A DNA stretch of 35,721 nt from a virus (Duplodnaviria; Heunggongvirae; Uroviricota; Caudoviricetes): IMG/VR virus record IMGVR_UViG_2874956758_000001, one strand, 5' to 3'. A program made the position numbers and the translations under genes. The first letter of the stretch is position 1; each line of letters opens with the position of its first letter. This document shows, piece after piece, positions 9,209 to 18,723 of this stretch. The notes under the pieces were generated by a model. That model was not told where the DNA came from, did no database searches, and saw nothing but the letters and a program-made list of their open reading frames with translations.

Positions 9209-10389
9209 TCTTCCAGCGTGTCGACCATGCAGCGTTGCAGCTCCTCGAACGGGAACACCGATGCCTTGTCGTCAACAAATTCACACATGAACAGGTTTTT
9301 AAAATCGTCGGCGCTGTTTTCGCGTTTGAGCTGCTCAATGTCGAACAGCGTGCAGCCGCCTTTCAGGGCGTCCTCAATGGTGACAATCTGCCGCCACTGG
9401 CCGTCTGCACAGAGAAGACCTCCGGCAAGGGCGTTATGACTGACGTCGATTTCCACGCGTTCGGCGGCGCTGGCGCGTCCCCGGTTGAACAGTTCACCCG
9501 ACCAGAACGGGTAGGCGTCGTGCGCCAGCGTGGACGGGGTGGAGAAATAGGTCGAGCGCAGGTGACTCTGTGAGGCCATACCTGATGCCACCTTACGCAG
9601 TACCTGAAAATTCGGGATCCAGAAAATCTCATCGACGTAAAGGTCGCCGTTATGGCTCTGTGCGGTGTTGGAGTTGGTGCCGAGAAAAATCAGTTTTGCG
9701 CCGTTATTGCCCAGGACAATCGGGTCACCGGTCAGGTCAACGTCAACCAGCCGGGCAAAGGCGATGATGTATTCACGGAACACATACGCCTGCGTTTTAC
9801 TGGCCGACAGAAAAATCTGGTTATGACCTGTTTTCAGGGCGCGCAGCAGCGCCTCGCGGGAAAAATAAAACGTTGCGCCAATCTGGCGGGATTTCAGGAT
9901 ATCGCGGATGCGGTGCTCAAGCCCGGCGCGATACCAGTGCAACTGATAGTCGAAAGACTGCTCAAAGAAAATCTGCTCCAGCTTTTCGATGGCCTCGTCA
10001 CTGAAAAAATTCTTTTTCGGTTTGCGCCGCCCGCCTTTGTTGCGGTTAGCGACGTTCGGATTAAGGTCTGCCTCGTTGCCGGTCTGACTGTAACGGTTTA
10101 CCCGTGCCAGTCGTTCAATCTGGCGTCCCAGCAGGTCAATTTCCTTGAAGTCACCGCCGGTTTTCTGCGGTTTGATGATGAGCTGGGTCAGTCGTGCTTC
10201 CAGACTCATTTCGACACGGCTGATGGGGGCAACGCTGTCCCAGCCGTCGCGCTGTTTCCAGCTCTGCACCGTCGGGCGTTTCATCTGCAACATGGCGGCA
10301 ATCTGCGGCACGGAAAACCCCTGCCAGTACAGCAGCGCCGCCTGACGACGCGGGTCGTGTAAAAGAGTGGTGTCTGTGGTGATGGTCAT
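8956..10389 (-). CDS. P: Terminase large subunit gpP (ATPase), N-terminal portion; frame lost near 9165-9195
   Basis: Probable start MTITTD at 10389 with GAGGT ribosome-binding site. Protein-like up to WEDYAPDA, then WCWHRRWW and Pro/Ser-rich nonsense. Combined span 8690-10389 is about 566 codons, against roughly 590 aa recalled for P2 gpP. Confidence 0.75.
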   Translation of the reverse strand: MTITTDTTLLHDPRRQAALLYWQGFSVPQIAAMLQMKRPTVQSWKQRDGWDSVAPISRVEMSLEARLTQLIIKPQKTGGDFKEIDLLGRQIERLARVNRYSQTGNEADLNPNVANRNKGGRRKPKKNFFSDEAIEKLEQIFFEQSFDYQLHWYRAGLEHRIRDILKSRQIGATFYFSREALLRALKTGHNQIFLSASKTQAYVFREYIIAFARLVDVDLTGDPIVLGNNGAKLIFLGTNSNTAQSHNGDLYVDEIFWIPNFQVLRKVASGMASQSHLRSTYFSTPSTLAHDAYPFWSGELFNRGRASAAERVEIDVSHNALAGGLLCADGQWRQIVTIEDALKGGCTLFDIEQLKRENSADDFKNLFMCEFVDDKASVFPFEELQRCMVDTLEEWEDYAPDAWCWHRRWWPVANSEYLSVTSGKAWTLPPRQNPSANSPKNTTSNTSGLMPPASVSVCSSSCARSIPPLAISATRRK

Positions 10390-10562
10390 GAATACCTCGC
10401 CGTGATGAATACACGGCAAGGCTACTGAGTCGCGCCCTGCGATTCGCTAAGGTGCTGTTGTGTCAGTGATAAGCCATCCGGGACTGATGGCGGAGGATGC
10501 GCATCGTCGGGAAACTGATGCCGACATGTGACTCCTCTAATCACTATTCAGGACTCCTGACA

Positions 10563-11417
10563 ATGGCAAAAAAAGTCTCAAAATTCTTTCGTATCGGCGT
10601 TGAGGGTGACACCTGTGACGGGCGTGTCATCAGTGCGCAGGATATTCAGGAAATGGCCGAAACCTTTGACCCGCGAGTCTATGGTTGCCGCATTAACCTG
10701 GAACATCTGCGCGGCATCCTGCCTGACGGTATTTTTAAGCGTTATGGCGATGTGGTCGAACTGAAGGCCGAAAAGATTGACGATGATTCGGCGCTGAAAG
10801 GCAAATGGGCGCTGTTTGCGAAAATCACCCCGACCGATGACCTTATCGCGATGAACAAGGCCGCGCAGAAGGTCTACACCTCAATGGAAATTCAGCCGAA
10901 CTTTGCCAACACCGGCAAATGTTATCTGGTGGGGCTGGCCGTCACCGATGACCCGGCAAGCCTCGGCACGGAATACCTGGAATTCTGCCGCACGGCAAAA
11001 CACAACCCCCTGAACCGCTTCAAATTAAGCCCTGAAAACCTGATTTCAGTGGCAACGCCTGTTGAGCTGGAATTTGAAGACCTGCCTGAAACCGTGTTCA
11101 CCGCCCTGACCGAAAAGGTGAAATCCATTTTTGGCTGCAAACAGGCCAGCGATGACGCCCGTCTGAATGACGTGCATGAAGCGGTGACCGCTGTTGCTGA
11201 ACATGTGCAGGAAAAACTGAGTGCCACTGAGCAGCGCCTCGCTGAGATGGAAACCGCCTTTTCTGCACTTAAGCAGGAGGTGACTGACAGGGCGGATGAA
11301 ACCAGCCAGGCATTCACCCGCCTGAAAAACAGTCTCGACCACACCGAAAGTCTGACCCAGCCGCGCCGCAGCAAGGCCACCGGCGGTGGCGGTGACGCCC
11401 TGATGACGAACTGCTGA
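10563..11417 (+). CDS. O: Capsid scaffolding protein
   Basis: 284 aa from ATG 10563 (MAKKVSKFF), the size of P2 gpO; divergent from P. Confidence 0.85.
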   Translation: MAKKVSKFFRIGVEGDTCDGRVISAQDIQEMAETFDPRVYGCRINLEHLRGILPDGIFKRYGDVVELKAEKIDDDSALKGKWALFAKITPTDDLIAMNKAAQKVYTSMEIQPNFANTGKCYLVGLAVTDDPASLGTEYLEFCRTAKHNPLNRFKLSPENLISVATPVELEFEDLPETVFTALTEKVKSIFGCKQASDDARLNDVHEAVTAVAEHVQEKLSATEQRLAEMETAFSALKQEVTDRADETSQAFTRLKNSLDHTESLTQPRRSKATGGGGDALMTNC

Positions 11418-11475
11418 CCGGCGTCAGTCAGTCCGGGAAAACCTTCACGATTAACCCTTAATTTCAGGAAAAACT

Positions 11476-12549
11476 ATGCGCCAGGAAACCCGCTTTAAAT
11501 TTAATGCCTACCTGTCCCGTGTTGCCGAACTGAACGGCATCGACGCCGGTGATGTGTCGAAAAAATTCACCGTTGAACCGTCGGTCACCCAGACCCTGAT
11601 GAACACCATGCAGGAGTCCTCTGATTTTCTGACCCGCATCAACATTGTGCCGGTCAGCGAAATGAAAGGGGAAAAAATTGGTATCGGTGTCACCGGCTCC
11701 ATCGCCAGCACCACCGACACCGCCGGTGGCACCGAGCGTCAGCCGAAGGACTTCTCGAAGCTGGCGTCTAACAAGTACGAATGCGACCAGATTAACTTCG
11801 ATTTTTATATCCGCTACAAAACGCTGGACCTGTGGGCGCGTTATCAGGATTTCCAGCTCCGTATCCGTAACGCCATTATCAAACGCCAGTCCCTTGATTT
11901 CATCATGGCCGGTTTTAACGGCGTGAAGCGTGCCGAAACCTCTGACCGCAGCAGCAATCCGATGCTGCAGGATGTGGCGGTCGGCTGGCTGCAGAAATAC
12001 CGCAATGAAGCCCCGGCGCGTGTGATGAGCAAGGTCACTGACGAGGAAGGGCACACCACCTCTGAGGTCATCCGCGTGGGTAAGGGCGGTGATTATGCCA
12101 GCCTCGATGCACTGGTGATGGATGCGACCAACAACCTGATTGAGCCGTGGTATCAGGAAGACCCTGACCTTGTGGTGATTGTGGGGCGTCAGCTGCTGGC
12201 GGACAAATATTTCCCCATCGTCAACAAGGAGCAGGACAACAGCGAAATGCTGGCCGCTGACGTCATCATCAGCCAGAAACGCATCGGTAACCTGCCGGCG
12301 GTACGCGTCCCGTACTTCCCGGCGGATGCGATGCTCATCACGAAGCTGGAAAACCTGTCCATCTACTACATGGATGACAGCCATCGCCGCGTGATTGTGG
12401 AAAACCCGAAACTCGACCGCGTGGAGAACTACGAGTCAATGAACATTGATTACGTGGTGGAAGACTACGCCGCCGGTTGTCTGGTGGAAAAAATTAAGGT
12501 CGGTGATTTCTCCACGCCGGCTAAGGCGACCGCAGAGCCGGGAGCGTAA
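11476..12549 (+). CDS. N: Major capsid protein
   Basis: 357 aa, the size and position of P2 gpN. Confidence 0.9.
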   Translation: MRQETRFKFNAYLSRVAELNGIDAGDVSKKFTVEPSVTQTLMNTMQESSDFLTRINIVPVSEMKGEKIGIGVTGSIASTTDTAGGTERQPKDFSKLASNKYECDQINFDFYIRYKTLDLWARYQDFQLRIRNAIIKRQSLDFIMAGFNGVKRAETSDRSSNPMLQDVAVGWLQKYRNEAPARVMSKVTDEEGHTTSEVIRVGKGGDYASLDALVMDATNNLIEPWYQEDPDLVVIVGRQLLADKYFPIVNKEQDNSEMLAADVIISQKRIGNLPAVRVPYFPADAMLITKLENLSIYYMDDSHRRVIVENPKLDRVENYESMNIDYVVEDYAAGCLVEKIKVGDFSTPAKATAEPGA

Positions 12550-12552
12550 CCG

Positions 12553-13296
12553 ATGACGAGTCCCGCACAGCGCCACATGATGCGGGTCTCGGCAGCGATG
12601 ACCGCGCAGCGGGAAGCCGCCCCGCTGCGACATGCAACTGTCTATGAGCAGATGCTGGTTAAGCTCGCCGCAGACCAGCGCACACTGAAAGCGATTTATT
12701 CAAAAGAGCTGAAGGCCGCGAAAAAACGCGAACTGCTGCCGTTCTGGTTGCCGTGGGTGAACGGCGTGCTGGAGCAGGGCAAAGGTGCACAGGATGACAT
12801 TCTGATGACGGTCATGCTGTGGCGTCTGGATACCGGCGATATTGCCGGTGCGCTGGAGATTGCCCGTTATGCCCTGAAGTACGGTCTGACCATGCCGGGT
12901 AAACACCGCCGCACCCCGCCGTACATGTTCACCGAGGAGGTGGCGCTCGCGGCCATGCGCGCTCACGCTGCCGGTGAATCCGTGGATATCCGCCTGCTGA
13001 CGGAAACCCTTGAACTGACCGCCGCTGCTGACATGCCTGATGAAGTGCGCGCAAAGCTGCACAAAATCACCGGTCTGTTTCTGCGTGACGCTGGTGATGC
13101 CGCAGGTGCGCTGGCGCACCTGCAACGTGCGACACAGCTCGACTGTCAGGCAGGCGTCAAAAAAGAGATTGAACGACTGGAGCGGGAGCTGAAACCGAAG
13201 CCGGAGCCGCAGCCCAAAGCGGCCACCCGTACCCCGCGTAAGACCCGGAGCGTGACACCGGCAAAATGTGGACGCCCGAAAAAGAAAGCCAGTTAA
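12553..13296 (+). CDS. M: Terminase small (endonuclease) subunit
   Basis: 247 aa, the size and position of P2 gpM. Confidence 0.85.
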   Translation: MTSPAQRHMMRVSAAMTAQREAAPLRHATVYEQMLVKLAADQRTLKAIYSKELKAAKKRELLPFWLPWVNGVLEQGKGAQDDILMTVMLWRLDTGDIAGALEIARYALKYGLTMPGKHRRTPPYMFTEEVALAAMRAHAAGESVDIRLLTETLELTAAADMPDEVRAKLHKITGLFLRDAGDAAGALAHLQRATQLDCQAGVKKEIERLERELKPKPEPQPKAATRTPRKTRSVTPAKCGRPKKKAS

Positions 13297-13395
13297 CAAC
13301 CGAATGCGCCCCGCGCCAGGGCGGCACGCCGGTCAGTGAGGGTGAATCACCTGACGCTGTACCGGCGTCCACCGCCCGACTTTTCAGAGGTAGTC

Positions 13396-13905
13396 ATGAT
13401 GACGCTGATTATTCCGCGAAAGGAGGCTCCCGTGTCCGGTGAGGGTACGGTGGTCATCCCGCAACAGGCAGGCGACGAGCCGGTGATTAAAAACACGTTC
13501 TTTTTTCCCGATATCGACCCGAAGCGCGTCCGGGAACGTATGCGCCTTGAGCAGACCGTCGCTCCCGCCCGTCTGCGTGAGGCCATCAAGTCAGGCATGG
13601 CGGAGACGAATGCGGAGCTGTACGAGTACCGCGAACAGAAAATTGCCGCCGGTTTTACGCGTCTGGCGGACGTCCCGGCGGACGACATCGACGGTGAAAG
13701 TATCAAAGTTTTTTACTACGAGCGCGCCGTGTGTGCGATGGCGACCGCGTCGCTTTATGAGCGTTATCGCGGCGTGGATGCCAGTGCGAAAGGCGACAAG
13801 AAGGCCGACAGCATTGACAGCACCATTGATGAACTGTGGCGGGATATGCGCTGGGCGGTGGCGCGTATCCAGGACAAGCCGCGCTGCATCGTGAGTCAAA
13901 TCTGA
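13396..13905 (+). CDS. L: Head completion / stabilisation protein
   Basis: 169 aa from ATG 13396 (MMTLII), the size of P2 gpL. Confidence 0.8.
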   Translation: MMTLIIPRKEAPVSGEGTVVIPQQAGDEPVIKNTFFFPDIDPKRVRERMRLEQTVAPARLREAIKSGMAETNAELYEYREQKIAAGFTRLADVPADDIDGESIKVFYYERAVCAMATASLYERYRGVDASAKGDKKADSIDSTIDELWRDMRWAVARIQDKPRCIVSQI

Positions 13906-14108
13906 TGAAGACCTTTGCGCTACAGGGCGACACGCTCGACGCCATTTGTGTCCGGTATTACGGGCGCACTGAGGGCGTGGTTGAGACCGTGCTCGCCGCA
14001 AATCCGGGACTGGCTGAACTGGGTGCGGTGCTGCCGCACGGCACCGCCGTCGAACTGCCCGACGTTCAGACCGCGCCCGTGGCTGAAACTGTCAATCTGT
14101 GGGAGTAA
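13905..14108 (+). CDS. X: Tail protein X (LysM-like)
   Basis: 67 aa; ATG overlaps the L stop (TGATG); size and position of P2 gpX. Confidence 0.8.
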   Translation: MKTFALQGDTLDAICVRYYGRTEGVVETVLAANPGLAELGAVLPHGTAVELPDVQTAPVAETVNLWE

Positions 14109-14111
14109 CAC

Positions 14112-14393
14112 ATGACAGCAGAAGAAAAAAGCGTCCTGTCGCGTTTCATGATTGGGGTGCTGATTGTTGTCGGCAAGGTGCTTGCCGGTGGTGAACCCAT
14201 CACCCCGCGTCTGTTTATCGGGCGCATGTTGCTCGGTGGCTTTGTCTCGATGGTTGCCGGTGTTGTTCTGGTGCAGTTTCCTGACCTGTCACTGCCTGCG
14301 GTGTGCGGCATCGGCTCCATGCTGGGTATCGCCGGTTATCAGGTGATTGAGATTGCCATTCAGCGCCGTTTTAAGGGCAGGGGGAAACAGTAA
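14112..14393 (+). CDS. Y: Holin
   Basis: 93 aa with hydrophobic segments; size and position of P2 gpY. Confidence 0.8.
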   Translation: MTAEEKSVLSRFMIGVLIVVGKVLAGGEPITPRLFIGRMLLGGFVSMVAGVVLVQFPDLSLPAVCGIGSMLGIAGYQVIEIAIQRRFKGRGKQ

Positions 14394-14890
14394 TGCCGGT
14401 AATTAACACGCATCAGAATATCGCCGCCTTTCTCGACATGCTGGCCGTGTCCGAAGGGACGGCGAATCATCCGCTGACGAAAAACCGGGGCTATGACGTG
14501 ATAGTCACCGGACTGGACGGAAAGCCGGAAATTTTCACCGACTACAGTGACCACCCGTTCGCGCATGGCCGACCGGCGAAGGTGTTTAACCGTCGCGGTG
14601 AAAAATCCACGGCCTCCGGTCGCTATCAGCAGCTTTACCTGTTCTGGCCGCATTACCGCAAACAGCTTGCCCTGCCGGATTTCAGTCCGTTGTCACAGGA
14701 CAGACTTGCCATTCAGTTGATCCGCGAACGCGGTGCACTGGATGACATCCGGGCGGGACGCATTGAGCGCGCCATTTCACGCTGTCGCAATATCTGGGCG
14801 TCCCTGCCGGGTGCCGGTTACGGTCAGCGTGAGCATTCACTGGAAAAACTGGTCACCGTCTGGCGTACCGCCGGCGGCGTACCGGCTTAA
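14393..14890 (+). CDS. K: Endolysin (lysozyme-like)
   Basis: 165 aa; start overlaps the Y stop (TAATG); size and position of P2 gpK. Confidence 0.85.
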   Translation: MPVINTHQNIAAFLDMLAVSEGTANHPLTKNRGYDVIVTGLDGKPEIFTDYSDHPFAHGRPAKVFNRRGEKSTASGRYQQLYLFWPHYRKQLALPDFSPLSQDRLAIQLIRERGALDDIRAGRIERAISRCRNIWASLPGAGYGQREHSLEKLVTVWRTAGGVPA

Positions 14891-14904
14891 ACGGAGTAAA
14901 CACC

Positions 14905-15330
14905 ATGAAGAAATTATCCCTTTCACTGATGCTGAACGTGTCGCTGGCGCTGATGCTGGCACTGTCCCTGATTTACCCGCAGAGCGTGTCCGTCAGTTTT
15001 GTCGCCGCCTGGGTGATTTTGGCGACGGTTATCTGTGTGGTTGCCGGTGGTGTCGGTGTGTATGCCACTGAGTATGTACTGGAACGCTACGGACGGGAGC
15101 TGCCGCCGGAATCGCTGGCCGTGAAGATTGTCACGTCGCTGTTTTTGCAGCCGGTGCCGTGGCGCAGGCGGGCGGCGGCTCTGGTGGTGATGGTGGCGAC
15201 GTTTATCGCGCTGGTCGCCGCCGGGTGGATTTTTACCGCGCTGATTTATCTCGTGGCATCGGTGTTCTTCCGGCTGATACGTAAAGCCTGTCGTCAGCGT
15301 CTTGAGGGGCGGGAATTATGTCAAAGCTGA
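14905..15330 (+). CDS. lysA: Lysis timing protein LysA (membrane protein)
   Basis: 141 aa, multiple hydrophobic helices, follows K. Confidence 0.75.
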   Translation: MKKLSLSLMLNVSLALMLALSLIYPQSVSVSFVAAWVILATVICVVAGGVGVYATEYVLERYGRELPPESLAVKIVTSLFLQPVPWRRRAAALVVMVATFIALVAAGWIFTALIYLVASVFFRLIRKACRQRLEGRELCQS

Positions 15331-15743
15331 TGATTGTGCTGGTCGTGTTGTTATCGCTGGCGGTGGCGGGGCTGTTTCTGGCAAAGCATGAAAACGCCAG
15401 CCTGCGCGCCTCGCTGGACAGGGCGAACAACGTCGCCAGTGAACAGCAGACGATCATCACCATGCTGAAAAATCAGCTTCATGTTGCCCTTACTAGGGCA
15501 GACAAAAACGAGATGGCGCAGGTGGCACTGCGTCAGGAACTGGAGAACGCCGCGAAGCGTGAAGCACAGCGCGAGAAAACCATCACGAGGTTACTTAATG
15601 AGAACGAAGATTTTCGCCGCTGGTACGGTGCTGACCTGCCTGATGCTGTGCGCCGGTTGCACCAGCGCCCCGCCTGCACCGACGCCAGTGATTGTCCCCA
15701 ACGCATGCCCGAAAGTGAGCCTTTGCCCGATGCCGGGCAGTGA
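15318..15743 (+). CDS. lysB: LysB, Rz-like inner-membrane spanin
   Basis: 141 aa with an N-terminal transmembrane segment and a coiled-coil-like body. Confidence 0.75.
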   Translation: MSKLMIVLVVLLSLAVAGLFLAKHENASLRASLDRANNVASEQQTIITMLKNQLHVALTRADKNEMAQVALRQELENAAKREAQREKTITRLLNENEDFRRWYGADLPDAVRRLHQRPACTDASDCPQRMPESEPLPDAGQ

Positions 15744-15888
15744 CCCGCAGACGAACGGCGATTTAAGTGCCGATATCCGGCAGCTTGAGAACGCGCTGGC
15801 ACGCTGTGCCAGCCAGGTAAAAATGATTAAACACTGTCAGGACGAAAACGATGCTCAAACCCGACAGCCTGCGCAGGGCGCTGACTGA
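15598..15888 (+). CDS. lysC: LysC, Rz1-like outer-membrane lipoprotein spanin, in the +1 frame overlapping lysB
   Basis: MRTKIFAAGTVLTCLMLCAGC carries a lipobox (LCAGC); Pro-rich body; embedded in and extending past lysB. Confidence 0.7.
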   Translation: MRTKIFAAGTVLTCLMLCAGCTSAPPAPTPVIVPNACPKVSLCPMPGSDPQTNGDLSADIRQLENALARCASQVKMIKHCQDENDAQTRQPAQGAD

Positions 15889-16318
15889 TGCCGTCACGGT
15901 GCTGAAAACTAACCCCGATATGCTGCGGATATTCGTGGATAACGGGAGTATTGCCTCCACACTGGCGGCGTCGCTGTCATTCGAAAAGCGTTACACGCTC
16001 AATGTGATTGTGACCGACTTTACCGGTAATTTTGACCTGCTCATCGTGCCGGTGCTGGTGTGGCTGCGGGAAAATCAGCCCGACATCATGACCACCGACG
16101 AAGGTCAGAAAAAAGGTTTCACGTTTTATGCAGACATCAACAATGACAGCAGCTTTGATATCAGCATCAGCCTGATGCTGACCGAGCGAACGCTGGTCAG
16201 TGAGGTTGACGGTGCGCTGCATGTGAAGAATATCCCGGAACCTCCGACGCCGGAGCCAGTCAATCGCCCGATGGAGCTTTATATCAATGGTGAACTGGTG
16301 AGCAAGTGGGATGAATGA
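15851..16318 (+). CDS. R: Tail completion protein R
   Basis: 155 aa, the size and position of P2 gpR. Confidence 0.8.
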   Translation: MLKPDSLRRALTDAVTVLKTNPDMLRIFVDNGSIASTLAASLSFEKRYTLNVIVTDFTGNFDLLIVPVLVWLRENQPDIMTTDEGQKKGFTFYADINNDSSFDISISLMLTERTLVSEVDGALHVKNIPEPPTPEPVNRPMELYINGELVSKWDE

Positions 16319-16517
16319 GTTTAAGCGTTTTGAAGACCGGCTGACCGGACTGATTGAATCGCTGTCACCGTCTGGGCGTCGGCGACTGAGTGCAGAACTG
16401 GCGAAACGTCTGCGGCAGAGTCAGCAGCGTCGGGTGATGGCACAGAAAGCCCCGGACGGCACACCCTACGCACCACGCCAGCAGCAGAGCGCCAGAAAAA
16501 AAGACCGGTCGCGTTAA
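16311..16517 (+). CDS. S: Tail completion protein S, N-terminal portion; frame breaks at an A7 run near 16494-16500
   Basis: 68-aa ORF ending ...SARKKDRSR; removing one A from the run would read ARKKTGRVKRKMFAKLITS and join the next ORF. Combined span 16311-16764 is about 150 codons, the size of P2 gpS. Confidence 0.7.
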   Translation: MNEFKRFEDRLTGLIESLSPSGRRRLSAELAKRLRQSQQRRVMAQKAPDGTPYAPRQQQSARKKDRSR

Positions 16518-16524
16518 GCGAAAA

Positions 16525-16764
16525 ATGTTTGCGAAACTTATCACCAGTCGTTTTTTGCATATCCGCGCCAGCCCTGAACAGGCATCAATGGAGTTTTACG
16601 GCGGGAAGTCACCGAAAATCGCCAGTGTGCATCAGTTCGGTCTGTCGGAAGAAACCCGGAAAGACGGTAAGAAAAATGATTATCCGGCGCGTCCTCTGCT
16701 CGGCTTTACCGGTGAGGATGTGCAGATAATTGAAGAGATTATCCTGGCTCACCTCGACCGTTAG
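16525..16764 (+). CDS. S: Tail completion protein S, C-terminal portion
   Basis: 79-aa ORF in the frame that the upstream S fragment would enter after a 1-nt change in the A-run. Confidence 0.7.
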   Translation: MFAKLITSRFLHIRASPEQASMEFYGGKSPKIASVHQFGLSEETRKDGKKNDYPARPLLGFTGEDVQIIEEIILAHLDR

Positions 16765-16830
16765 TTGTGCCATTCCCGACACATCATCGTTACATTGCCG
16801 CCGGTATGACCCGGCGGCATCCTTCCCGTT

Positions 16831-17466
16831 ATGAACACTCTCGCAAATATCCAGGAACTCGCGCGCGCACTGCGCAACATGATTCGTACCGGCCTTGTCG
16901 TCGAAACCAACCTTAAAGCCGGTCGCTGCCGTGTGCAGACCGGCGGCATGTGCACCGACTGGCTTCAGTGGCTGACCTGTCGTGCCGGGCGTTCGCGCAC
17001 ATGGTGGGCACCTTCCGTGGGGGAGCAGGTGCTGATTCTGGCCGTGGGCGGTGAACTTGACACGGCGTTTGTTCTGCCGGGGATTTATTCCGGCGATAAC
17101 CCTGCGCCGTCTGCGTCGGCGGATGCCCTGCATATCCGTTTCCCTGACGGGGCGGTGATTGAGTATGAACCTGAAACCAGCGCACTCACGGTAAGCGGAA
17201 TTAAAACAGCCAGCGTGACGGCTTCTGATTCTGTTACTGCCACGGTGCCGGTGGTCATGGTGAAAGCATCAACCCGCGTCACCCTGGACACACCGGAGGT
17301 GGTCTGCACCAACAGGCTGATTACCGGTACGCTGGAAGTGCAGAAGGGCGGGACGATGCGCGGCAACATTGAACATACCGGCGGTGAACTCTCATCAAAC
17401 GGTAAGGTACTGCATACCCATAAACACCCCGGCGACAGCGGCGGCACAACCGGGAGTCCTTTATGA
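16831..17466 (+). CDS. V: Baseplate spike protein
   Basis: 211 aa, the size and position of P2 gpV. Confidence 0.85.
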   Translation: MNTLANIQELARALRNMIRTGLVVETNLKAGRCRVQTGGMCTDWLQWLTCRAGRSRTWWAPSVGEQVLILAVGGELDTAFVLPGIYSGDNPAPSASADALHIRFPDGAVIEYEPETSALTVSGIKTASVTASDSVTATVPVVMVKASTRVTLDTPEVVCTNRLITGTLEVQKGGTMRGNIEHTGGELSSNGKVLHTHKHPGDSGGTTGSPL

Positions 17467-17810
17467 CAGCGCGTTATCTCGGAATGAATCGCAGTGATGG
17501 CCTGACTGTCACTGACCTTGAGCATATCAGCCAGAGTATCGGCGATATCCTGCGTACACCGGTCGGCTCACGGGTGATGCGTCGTGATTACGGCTCGTTG
17601 CTGGCATCAATGATTGACCAGCCGCAGACCCCGGCGCTTGAGTTGCAGATTAAGGTCGCCTGTTACATGGCGGTGCTGAAATGGGAACCCCGCGTCACCC
17701 TGTCATCCGTCACCACGGCGCGCAGCTTTGACGGGCGAATGACGGTCACGTTAACCGGCCAGCACAACGACACCGGCCAGCCACTTTCGTTAACCATCCC
17801 TGTGAGTTGA
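17463..17810 (+). CDS. W: Baseplate wedge protein W (gp25-like)
   Basis: 115 aa, the size and position of P2 gpW. Confidence 0.85.
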   Translation: MTARYLGMNRSDGLTVTDLEHISQSIGDILRTPVGSRVMRRDYGSLLASMIDQPQTPALELQIKVACYMAVLKWEPRVTLSSVTTARSFDGRMTVTLTGQHNDTGQPLSLTIPVS

Positions 17811-17814
17811 AACC

Positions 17815-18723
17815 ATGCCGATTATCGACCTGAACCAGCTACCCGCACCGGATGTGGTCGAGGAGCTGGACTTTGAAACCATTCTCGCTGAACGCAAGGC
17901 GACACTGATTTCCCTTTACCCGGAAGACCAGCAGGAGGCGGTCGCCCGTACCCTGACGCTGGAATCCGAGCCTCTCGTCAAACTGCTGGAGGAAAATGCT
18001 TATCGTGAGCTTATCTGGCGTCAGCGTGTGAATGAGGCTGCGCGGGCGGTGATGCTGGCCTGTGCCGCCGGTAATGACCTTGATGTGATTGGTGCCAATT
18101 ACAACACCACGCGCCTGACTATCACCCCGGCAGATGATTCGACCCTCCCGCCGACACCGGCAGTGATGGAGTCTGACACCGATTATCGTCTGCGTATTCA
18201 GCAGGCGTTTGAGGGCTTAAGCGTCGCCGGGTCGGTGGGATCCTATCAGTATCATGGTCGCAGTGCCGACGGGCGTGTCGCAGATATCTCTGTCACCAGT
18301 CCGTCTCCGGCCTGCGTCACTATCTCCGTGCTGTCTCGCGAAAATAACGGTGTCGCATCCGAAGACCTGCTGGCGGTGGTGCGCAACGCCCTGAATGGTG
18401 AGGACGTCAGGCCGGTGGCCGACCGCGTGACCGTGCAGTCTGCCGCCATCGTTGAATACCAGATAAACGCCACGCTTTACCTTTACCCTGGTCCCGAAAG
18501 CGAACCCATCCGCGCTGCTGCCGTGAAAAAACTGGAAGCGTACATCACGGCACAGCACCGGCTGGGGCGCGACATCCGTCTGTCTGCTATTTATGCCGCT
18601 TTGCATGTGGAAGGCGTGCAGCGTGTCGAGCTGGCTGCACCACTGGCCGACATTGTGCTCAACAGTACGCAGGCGTCTTTCTGCACCGAATACCGCGTCG
18701 TGACCGGGGGCTCGGATGAGTGA
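17815..18723 (+). CDS. J: Baseplate protein J
   Basis: 302 aa, the size and position of P2 gpJ. Confidence 0.85.
   Translation: MPIIDLNQLPAPDVVEELDFETILAERKATLISLYPEDQQEAVARTLTLESEPLVKLLEENAYRELIWRQRVNEAARAVMLACAAGNDLDVIGANYNTTRLTITPADDSTLPPTPAVMESDTDYRLRIQQAFEGLSVAGSVGSYQYHGRSADGRVADISVTSPSPACVTISVLSRENNGVASEDLLAVVRNALNGEDVRPVADRVTVQSAAIVEYQINATLYLYPGPESEPIRAAAVKKLEAYITAQHRLGRDIRLSAIYAALHVEGVQRVELAAPLADIVLNSTQASFCTEYRVVTGGSDE

Noticed and set aside
9652-10362. 236-aa plus-strand ORF
   Set aside because: Lies entirely antisense within terminase gene P; the P frame has the recognisable terminase sequence.
10420-10562. Late promoter (Ogr-dependent TGT-N12-ACA element) in the P/O divergent region, and a similar element upstream of FI
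   Set aside because: Late promoters are expected here, but I could not find a clean TGT-N12-ACA match by eye, so no promoter feature is asserted.
11464-12384. 306-aa minus-strand ORF
   Set aside because: Antisense to the major capsid gene N; Gly/Arg/Val-rich translation typical of a GC-rich antisense frame, with no start context.
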